From positions 99,783,269 through 99,847,268 of the forward strand of contig NC_068982.1 of the NCBI RefSeq assembly GCF_001194135.2: a stretch of DNA of 64,000 nucleotides, in the 5' to 3' direction. Both the position numbers and the translations under genes were made by a program. Below are positions 54,194 through 64,000 of this stretch, piece after piece. How positions within the stretch are numbered: position 1 is the first letter of the stretch; every line of letters begins with the position of its first letter. The notes under the pieces are model-generated. The model saw only the letters and a program-made list of their open reading frames with translations, searched no databases and was not told the origin of the DNA. Source of the stretch: Octopus bimaculoides. Its lineage: Eukaryota.

Positions 54194-54655
54194 TGAGTGG
54201 TGGAGTTGTTCCTTCCATCATACCATTTGCAGTTGCAGGAGTAGAAGCTGCCCGTGGCTTTGATATATGGTTGTTTTCAATGTCATTGACTATTAGAGGA
54301 GTTAGAGGAACAGAATGATCAAAATTAGGCTGGGATTCTGACTTGGGGTGGGGAGTGGATTCATGAGGTTCGGATTTCTGTGATTGTTTATCACAAACGG
54401 TTTCCTCTTTTTGTAACTTAACAGGGGATATAATTTGCTCAGTCTCCACGCCTGATAACGATTTGTCTTTGGCTAAATCATTATTAGGATCAGTGGCTGG
54501 AAATGCTTTAGCTGGCTGTTCATTTGCCGGAGTAGTTTCTCTGCTTGCAGAGCCTATAGAACGATTAGAAGAGCGTTTTGAAGATCTTTCTAAGTAATCC
54601 CTTGACTGTGTCTCATTTTCTCCATTTACATCTTTTGCTTTACTTTGCTTTTGAC
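54194..54655 (-). CDS. Internal coding exon (462 nt, phase 1-1) of a large minus-strand gene; low-complexity S/T/P/E-rich segment (QKQSKAKDVNGENETQSRDYLERSSKRSSNRSIG...MMEGTTPPL)
   Basis: Acceptor gcaattttatttcag|GTC at 54655 and donor CTCA|gtaagt at 54194. The frame is stop-free across the exon, overlaps track ORF 54165-54449 and is GC-richer than its flanks. Confidence 0.88.
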
Positions 54656-55365
54656 CTGAAAATAAAATTGCATAAGACTGTTGTATTTATCTTTTCACAA
54701 TTTAAAAAAAAAAAACAATTTTAAAGTTTATAACAGATCTTACATAACAATATCTTAATATAACTTTTCTCTTATTTAAATTCTTTTTTTTTTTTTGCAA
54801 AATTTATAACATAAAAAAATAATGATTAAATAAGCATGAATTAAGAATAACAGAATCAAGCATCTAATTCAAAAATCCAATTCATTAGTTGAAACAATGT
54901 AATTCCAGGAATCAGTAGTCCAAGAGCTTTGCATAATTTAGCTATGATGCTACTCATTGCAGTGAAAAATAATTTTCACTTTCACTTGAAGCACCATTTC
55001 TTTGAAAATAATAGAATTCCAGGCAAAAACAAAGCTTTAACTTAAGGTGGGAAGCCTGGAAGAATTGTCTCTAAGTATCAGAGATGACTGACTGACAGAA
55101 ACCAGAAAGAAAAAAAAAAGATTTCAGCTCTAAATAATTTTGGAATGATAACTGCAGATGAATGAGACTGCAAAACTTCACTTTGTTTATTGAAACCAAT
55201 TAATTCAAACTTAATTATGTCAGTTTAAAAATATGTATTTCCATTGTTTTTTTAAATTTATGAGAAAGACAAAAATCAAAGAAACACTAGTTTAAGGTGT
55301 TAATCAGATTGAGAATCCTTTTAAACATGAATAACTCATTTAAGTGGGATCAGTGTATCATGAAG

Positions 55366-55515
55366 GGAGGCTTATTTGCATTTAGTTAAGCTGGGTAGAT
55401 TAATTTTACCTCACGTGAGGAGAGTTACATGCATTTAGCTAAGCTAGGTAGATTCATTTAACCTTAGATGAAGGAGAGTTACTTGCATTTAGCTGAACTA
55501 GCAAGATTAAATTAA
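55366..55515 (+). repeat. Minisatellite, ~53-54 bp period, ~2.7 copies
   Basis: Units start at 55366, 55419 and 55473: GGAG..TTA..TGCATTTAG.T.A.CT.G..AGATT.ATT. Confidence 0.85.
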
Positions 55516-57019
55516 TAACAAGCATATTTTATCTTAAATAAGTAGGAAATAACAGTTTATACCTTTCATATGAACATTAGTAATCTATGGAATATAGAAA
55601 GAGTGGTATAAGCAACTCAGAACTTGACTTTATTCTTAAATTCTATTTTATATCTGTTGTGATAAATGAATAAACTTTACAAATTTTTAATTTCTTAAAT
55701 CAATTTTTGCTTTTGTCCACAAAATCAGTTTAATATTTAGGAAAAAATATCAGTGAATATTCTGGAAATTATTTGTACACAACTATATCAACACTTTGAC
55801 TCTTTTGTACTTAAAAACTCACTTCTTCCAATTATCTTCAGAAATTGTCCCTGTGTTTTTGCAGTGCCAATTAAGAATAATTTTGGGAAAGATGCATAGC
55901 AAGTTATGACTCCAGAATGTAGAAAGCACTGCTAATGGCCATTAGGAAATCTTAAAGAATTGCAGGCTTCAAATAGAAACTTTAAGCTTTTTCTTGGCTG
56001 ACTCAGAATATTTTTTTAACTTTCAGATGTTTTGCTTTCACCACCTTGCAGAGCACAGTACTTTAGCACCAACTTTTGGATCAGCTTGCAGGGTAGAAGC
56101 TGTGCACTGTAAATGCTTCTTCATCATCTCCACCACCACCAACACCGCCATCATTGCTGCACCACCACTGCCACAACTACTGCTGTTGCTGCTGCCATTA
56201 CCACCATCAAATTACATCATAGTAATTCCTAATTTTTGGTTTTAGACTTTTATTAAATACTGTTAACTTATTTAAACACAGAGTAAGTTCCCAAAGTTAC
56301 ATGAATTATCTTGCATTTTGGGGGATGCTATTTGTCCTGGTTTATACAAAACTACCAAAACTTTTTAATTGTTATTTCTCCACTAAAAACAAAATGGCTA
56401 AATACTTCGAAAATCACTGAATATTCTGGGACTTAGTTTCACTCAAAGATATTATACCTACCACCAAACACATCAAGATTCATCTTTACTTAAGTAAGGC
56501 TCCTCTTTACTTAACAGACTTCTTTCAATCAATTTTAGAAAATGTTCCTATTTTTATTTCAAAACATGTTTGTTCAACCCAAGGGAATATAAAACAATGA
56601 ACATAAAAATGAACCTACTACACCAAATAAATAAGTATATGAATAAACAAGCACAAATGGCTTCTTCAGTTTTTGTAATGTTTCCTACTGTATGGAGCTT
56701 GGTTATATTTAATCTAAACTGACATACTTTTACTGAATGTTGAGCAGTTGTTTTTCATTAAAAATTACCACATAATTTTATAATTTATAAACTGACATGA
56801 ACTGATAACTGAGTTTTCCTACTTGAAGCCAAGAATTCTTGCAACTCCTCTTAAAAAGTTACAAATCTCAACTCTTGAAATATATCATTTGTGTATGTAT
56901 ATGTGTACTCTGTAATTTGGGTAAAAATTGCTGTCTTTAGATTTATTCTAGAGTATGTAGTGCAATTACTTTATGAATTTCCAAATATAAACCAACTTGT
57001 CAGGATGTACTTATAAATA

Positions 57020-57062
<43 letters not shown>

Positions 57063-58171
57063 GTGTATGTGCACATGCATGTGTTTCCATGTACAGGAAT
57101 GGATAATTTAAATAATGTTGCTCAAAGAAACAAACAAGATATCTTTTATACCTCATTGTAATAATTGCATACTTTGAATGAAAAACAAAAGAAAACAGAA
57201 CAGAATTCTTCATAAGAAAAAAATAATTCCAGATGTTAACAGAATATCATTTTATAATTGTACAGATAAATAAGGGTTTATAATATAAATTTAAGGTTTC
57301 TAATGCTTATACTGGTCAGTCTGTTTCTTCCATTATTCAAACTTATGGAATCAATTGGACTTTTTCCAAAACTCTGTGGAAGAGAGCCAAGTTTTGTTCA
57401 AGTACTGCCAGAAGTAACTAGTTTACACCTTTTTTTGTGATTGCTTTTTTTTTTATTTTTTAAAATTTCTAAAGAAAGACTTTATGTTACTTCAATACAA
57501 CAGAAAATATGTGGCATGAAGCATTTGGAGAAGATTCAAAAATTTAAATTTACAGGACATAAGAACACTTTCAATTTTATTCCTAAGTAAATAAATAAAA
57601 TAATTTAGCTTAATCAACTCAAAGACAATGCCCCAACATGGCTTTAGCCATGGTGACTAAAGCTAAAGAACTAAAGACATATATTTTACAATTCCTTAGT
57701 AGTAAGTTCTATGTTGGAAGTGACAATTATAAAGAGATACTACAGGTTACCTATTACCTATATAATGGTACATAAAACGTTGCTATGATGCACTAAATAC
57801 AATGAAACTATCATCATCTGCTAACTTGGTATACTGCCAGGTATGTTCTCATCATTACTATACTTATGACTTGTAAAAGCAACATCTGGCTTGATGGAAT
57901 TTATATTAAACTCCAAGTGTCATATGTGAAGTCTTGAAACGAAGAACTCATATTTCATTGTTTCAAATCTGCAGAAATGATTTATAAAACAAAAATATGA
58001 GAATATAAAGAAAAAGCCAAAATTAAATACAAACTTTTTCTCACGCAGAAATTATATTTACACACATGCACTATTTGTCCTATGTAACATGACCATATTA
58101 TCCAAACTAAAGTTTCATTCAATATCCATTTGTTTGAATGTATACTTCAGTAGATGGAGAATATATATATA

Positions 58172-58652
58172 TGAGGGTGAGTCATCAACTATCTGCAATG
58201 CACATACATTTACTTCTTGTGAGAAGACTAGTCCTTGTGATGCAAGTTTAAACTTGAAACACCAATTAAATTGTTGTTATTGCCCATTAAGCACAGTCAC
58301 TTCTTTTTCTGCTAGCTCTCGAGAAGTGCAACATTCATAAATCCTGTAGGATGAAAGTGTATCACTGGCAAAAATCCATTGAAGTGTGCAGAAATAGTGC
58401 TTTGCCATGACAAATTGTGTACAAATAGATTGAAAAGTTCAAAAATTGATCACTGGTGATCCTCTTCTTCAGTGCATCAAAAAGTGGAATGGCCATGGTT
58501 AATGTAATAATAAACTTAATTAACAACTCAAGTTCAAATCTGCACAGTAGTGACTAGAAAGAAACCATGACTAGCAATGCATAGACAACTAATTCTCCTA
58601 CCAAGAGGAAAAAGTGCATAAGTGATTGTGGATTATAAATGACTCACCCTCA
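58172..58652 (+). mobile_element. Internally deleted mariner-type element (MITE-like, 481 bp)
   Basis: Perfect 14-bp TIR TGAGGGTGAGTCAT/ATGACTCACCCTCA with TA on both sides. Internal decayed HTH-like coding (EVCRNSALP*QIVYK*IEKFKN at ~58380-58450). Confidence 0.85.
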
Positions 58653-58740
58653 TATAAATGAAATTTTGCAAGCATGGAAAAATGGACATTAAATGATGAC
58701 GATATGTGCATATTTACATGTATGTCTATGTATGTATATA

Positions 58741-58962
58741 TGAGGGGATGTTGAAAAGTGCCTGGCTTTAGGTAAATGAAAATACAGGAGGATCAGTTAA
58801 TTATGATTTTATCCAACATATTCCCCTCTAAGATTAACACACTTATTGCACTGGTCCTTCAGTTTTTCTAAGTCCTGTAAAAGAACTCAGACGGTTGGAC
58901 CTCCAGCCAAGCTTTTCGCGATACCCTTAAAACTTTTCAGGAACTTTTCAGTACATGTTATG
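58741..58962. mobile_element. Degenerate mariner-type MITE
   Basis: Left end TA-TGAGGGGATGTTGAAAAGTGCCTGG; the right end CAGGAACTTTTCAGTAC is its approximate reverse complement. Confidence 0.65.
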
Positions 58963-59146
58963 TATAACATGTTAAGGCACCTTTTTGCATTTTGAAATCA
59001 CAAATATATACTATATAAACATTATCAAACTTACAAAGTGTTTTGACAACTATGGGTGGTACTTTTCCATTCTTCAAAAAAAAAAAAAAATACATGGAAG
59101 ACACACATATATACAAATACATACAAAGAAGACCTACATATACAAG

Positions 59147-59196
<50 letters not shown>

Positions 59197-62100
59197 GACA
59201 TACACACATACATATATACATACATAAGCAAACACACATGCTCAGAATGTTTCAGCTGCTTTAAGACATTTGAAAAGTTGAAAATAAGCAAATAAAAATT
59301 AGAGGCATTGTTTTGCCATAGAATCTTCTGTTACACTGGAACTGTCAGTTCCAGGGAAGAGATTACTACTACTAGTGTTCTACTATATCAGTGGTATAGA
59401 AAATCAAATCATTGACCTATAAAACTCAGCCTCATTTCTGAAGAATATTTTCACAGAAGAAATCACATCTATTTGGTTGCATATTTTAACAAGATACAGA
59501 TATCAGTTCGTTTTTATTTATCTACCAAAGTATGGAAGCCTCTACATGGGTTGTTCGAACCACATGAAACACCAGCTAAATGTACCTCGAATTTCATTGT
59601 ACAATGTACAGAAAAAACAAACATTAAAAAATGACCAAATGAAGGCAGAAAGAGTTAATTAAGAAAAGACAGTATTTAATACTTTCTAAATAAAATGGGT
59701 TGGAATATCTCTGATCATAGATCTACTCAATCAGAACTGACCTGAGGTCGAACAACAACATTTACTATGTTGAATTCCGGCACAATAAGCAACAGATTCA
59801 AGTCTAGGTTGTCAAATTGCTAATTTTCTAGACGTTAGGTAATTTCCATTCTTTTCATTTTATTTTGTGCCAGTATTGTTAGTGCTATTGTGCTCCAAAA
59901 TCATATATTTTAACAAATTAACTAATGGTTTCTGATAGCTAAAGTAGCTGACATTTGCAATGTCTTCTATTACTGTAGACAAGAAAAGAAAACCCTGTAA
60001 GTCCAAACGGTTGTTAATGGAACACCTATACATGACTGAAAAAAGCATTCTCTTTATAATCCTTGCAAGTTAAGACAAAACTCACACTGCCTCTAATACC
60101 AATTCCCCTTAAAATCACACCCTGCTATCTTAATTTAGGAAAGACATGGGAAAATGTAGTACTACATATACACACACATATGTTTCTGCCAATAATAATG
60201 ATCGCTAGCATAGGAAGAAGGTCACAAATTTTGGGATAAGAGTTTAACCAATTAGGTATCAAAACCAGTACCTGATTGGTATTCATTTCATCAATTCCAG
60301 AAGAATAAATTGCAAAACTGACATTGGCACATTTGAACTCAGAACTGAGAGAGACCTAACTAAATCCTGCATGGTATTACGTCTGTTACTTGACTGATTT
60401 TTGCCATTCACTAACCCTTTTATAATATTAATTTCTTTCACTAATACGAGATCACATATTTGGAGAGGGATGTACTGATTAAATCATCTCAAACAGTACC
60501 TCATAAGGCATGTCAAAGTTGGCTCAGGCAGAATATAACTACATACCACATGGCATTTTCTTCAAACAAAGCATGAAGCTCTATAATTTTTAAAGGAGAA
60601 GGTTACTCAAGATAAGATCAGGAAATCAAAAACCCACAACCACACTCCCCTCTGAATGTATAGTCTTCCAGCTCCAACCATTGATGGATTTACTCTTCTT
60701 TTAATCCATACCAAATTCATCACTTTTCACCCAACTTTCATTAAATTTGCTGGAGTGCACAGCTTTTTTTACCTACTCTGACCTTCAACCCCCAAGTGAT
60801 ACTTATTAAGTGATGAGCAATTCACAGGAAAGATAATAAAGAATTTTCTTCCTAGCTTTTTCTGTTTTAGCTTACTATACAACCTCCTAGCCAAAACAAA
60901 TAGAAAATTGGTCTGAAACTCTTAGTCCTAGGAAGACAGCAGTATGGCCTTCACGGTAAACTCAGTTTTTTTTTTTTTTCCACAATTAAATTAATCCCTG
61001 TATTTGACTGGTATTTATTTTAGAAGCTAGAGAAGGATGAACAGCAAAGTTAACTTCTCACTACAACTGTAGAAGAGCTTGAACCAATGAAGGTGTCTCT
61101 ATAAAGTCACTTGATTTGCTATGAGTATCAGCCAAATACTTTCATAAAATACTTAAAAAGTGAAGGACACATTGGTGATTGCAGTCCTAGATGAACGAAA
61201 AGACAGGTAGGTCACAGCTGAAATGCCTTTGATAACAAGTCTACCTAAACAGTTCTTAAATGACAATACTGTCTGAACATTAGTGGCAGACAGAATGACA
61301 AAAACATGCAGGCAATAATAATTACTGAAGTAATTACTTTATGCAGACACACATAGATGAAACAAACAGGAGCAAACACCAAATATCAGAATTATTAATA
61401 TCAGTCAATCAGTGATTAATTCAACTGACTTTAAGCAAGAAGGGGCAATGAAAGTTGTGAGATATGTGTCTTCCTCAAGAACAGTATTGATGTAGCCAGA
61501 AAGAAAATTGTGTCCTACACTTAGTTTAGCAAAAGAGCTTACATAAATATTCAGTCTCAAGGATGTAGGCATGGCTGTGTAGATGGATTCAGGTATGACT
61601 GAACTTCAGAGAAAAAACTAACGAAACCATTGCTTTTGAACAAAAACGCCTAGCGGTATTTGGTCTATCCAAGCAAGACACTTTCTTGCCCTTTCCACCA
61701 TCAGAAATTCAATGAACCAGTGTCTGCCTTGTTGGAAACTAATAATCAACAATGCTTATTGTTCACAAAATATGGTATAAATAATTGAGTTAAAGATATC
61801 CAGCATCAAAGTCTGCCTTCTTTATTTGATATTGAGCACAATAAACAGTATTTATCAGTGGATGGGAGGTTGTAATGAAGTTCATAAAAGGGTTAAATAG
61901 AAGATGTTTCATGAATATTTCAAGCAAGAGTGGTTTGGTGTATGTGCAATATTTTGGCCAGAGTCTAGAATAAAATCCAAGCTACAGACTTAATTATTCA
62001 AGACCTTATTTTCATATAACACTAGAAAAATTATCTATTACTAAATTTGTATCTTATGTTTTGAAAAATGTAAATTCTTAGGAGTCTTGAGATTTTTGTA

Positions 62101-63230
62101 ACATGGATATGTGATAAGAAGTTTGCATTGCAACCACATGGTTCCAGATTCCATCTCTATTTCTTGAACTGACTAACAGATTGATTAATGTCTCTTGTGA
62201 GTGAAAATTAGTTTGCAGATACTGTGCTACATGATTTTTCATGCTGGCATGAGTTGGATAGGTTATTTGCATGCACATGCATGGTGTGTGTGTGTGGGGG
62301 GGGGTCGTAATTATATATTCCAATGTAAATACTTTTTGTTATTAAATGCCTGTAAAATGAATGCAACTCAGATCAACTTAGCTATTCAATAAATAGATAT
62401 TGATAAAAAGAGCACCAGATTACTAAGGTTGATAAACTTAACTAAAAACCCTTGAAGACAGTTAGTTCCCTAGTGTAGCCAATGATTGAAACAAGTAAAG
62501 CTTGTTATAATCCATCTTCATTAAAAGCACTGTACCACATCAGCTATGACTTTGTTTTTCAGCCGTGTTATTAAAGTGCAAGATTACTGTGAACATATGG
62601 TTACAGTGCTTAAACATGACTACTACAGTCATTATGTATCTCTTGGGCAAGGAGTATAATATTGTTTATTTCAGCTGTCCAACAGAAAAAGCCAAGCCCC
62701 ACATCTACTTTATGGTATAGTTAGAATTAGAAAGAGAATTTTGTTATTATTTTACATTTATTTTTTCCATACTATGATGATGAACAGCTGGGTTATTTTT
62801 ATTGAAGCATTTTATTTTTTATTATGTACCTTTTTAATTTTTCACAGCCAGAAGTTCTTTACATCCCAACCATTCAACTATGAAATGGGATTAGGTTCTA
62901 TTTATGACACTCACATAAACTGGAGCATGAAAAACTTTGTGCCTTATTCAGGGGCCACATTGCACAGACCCTGGCAATATATAGTATATAGCCTTGATAG
63001 AACAACCATTGAAACCATTATGAGAACCGACCCACTTCTTGCTTTGAAAGAATGAGATATTTTTAAAAGTTAGTAAGTAAAGGAGGGGCAGTGACATCAG
63101 TAGACTCTCCCAAATTGACGAGACTGATGCTGCTGATATCCAGCATTAACATCTGCAAAATAAACATGAACAAAAAGAAAATGAGGGGAGTGTCTGGAGT
63201 GATGGATTGCAACTGACTAAACTCCATTAA

Positions 63231-63450
63231 CCTTTGAGCATTTAAACTGGCCGTATCTGGCCCAAATATTTTAGCTGCTTTGTGCTTAAACCAGTCAGAT
63301 CTGGCATCTCACACTTATTCCATAATGTCATTCTAAAAATAAGCAATCATATTGTTGAAATTTCAAAGCTATGAGATAATACATGATTAATTCAAAACAC
63401 TGTGAATAAATAAGTATTGTATTTGACAGAATAATCAAAATGCTAAAGGG
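63231..63450. mobile_element. TTAA-flanked piggyBac-type MITE (220 bp)
   Basis: TTAA at 63227-63230 and 63451-63454; ends CCTTTGAGCATTT / AAATGCTAAAGGG form an imperfect TIR. Confidence 0.75.
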
Positions 63451-63654
63451 TTAAACAAACCCAAAGACCAGGTGATGATCTTCACCAAAGACATAAAACA
63501 ACTACTTTGTCAAAGACATTTCCACTTAATTGCTTATTATATCCCAATTCCAATACTTATCTGCTTTCATCAATAAAAAAAATCACTTAATTAACTGAAC
63601 TGCTACTGGACTGAGTGCTAATTCTTAATACATCCAAGGAACATAAACAAAGTG

Positions 63655-63843
63655 GTCATGGAGGACAAACACAAAAACACACACAAACACACACACATAC
63701 AATGGCCTTCCTTCAGTTTCTATCTATCAAATCCACTCAACCTAGAGTTATAGTGGAAGACACTTGCTCAAGTGCCATGCAGTGAAAATGAACCAGGAAC
63801 CATGTGGTTGGACAGTAAACCTCTTACCACACAGCCATGCCTG
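63655..63843 (-). mobile_element. Family C SINE; degenerate copies also at ~36910-37060 and 62100-62230
   Basis: GAACCAGGAACCATGTGGTTGG...CTTACCACACAGCCATGCC is the reverse complement of the family C head. Confidence 0.8.
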
Positions 63844-64000
63844 TTCAGAACCAGCATAAGTTGTCTTCCTATGTTTTTTTTTTTTGGGGGGGGGGGGGGG
63901 ATTAAATATGAACCAGTAATGCAATTGAACTAATTCAGTGGATTATACTCAATCTTTGTTAATTATTTAATGAAAGGATTAGTGTGATATTGTGATGTGG

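Overview
AT-rich, microsatellite-dense animal genomic DNA with several N gaps. The interspersed-repeat landscape (tRNA-derived SINEs, SINEs with (GAT)n tails, mariner/maT/hAT/piggyBac-type elements) looks like an octopod cephalopod, which is an inference from recognition rather than a search. Most of the window appears to be introns of one large minus-strand gene. Three exons chain in phase: 54194-54655 (phase 1-1), 26358-26413 (1-0) and 10857-10934 (0-0). They encode a low-complexity Ser/Thr/Pro-rich segment I cannot assign to a family. Further small-exon candidates lie at 50.8, 46.2, 35.3, 6.9 and 5.8 kb. Most ORFs in the supplied track are microsatellite or gap artefacts; the real ones are the maT transposase remnant and part of the 54 kb exon. 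The most interesting element is 448 bp at 19877-20324: a tRNA-like Pol III head sits between two ~140-bp inverted arms, each carrying a minimal type I hammerhead ribozyme core, and the whole is flanked by a candidate 9-bp target-site duplication. It resembles a non-autonomous, Penelope-like (PLE), ribozyme-bearing SINE. A decayed Penelope GIY-YIG fragment lies at ~36.8 kb.
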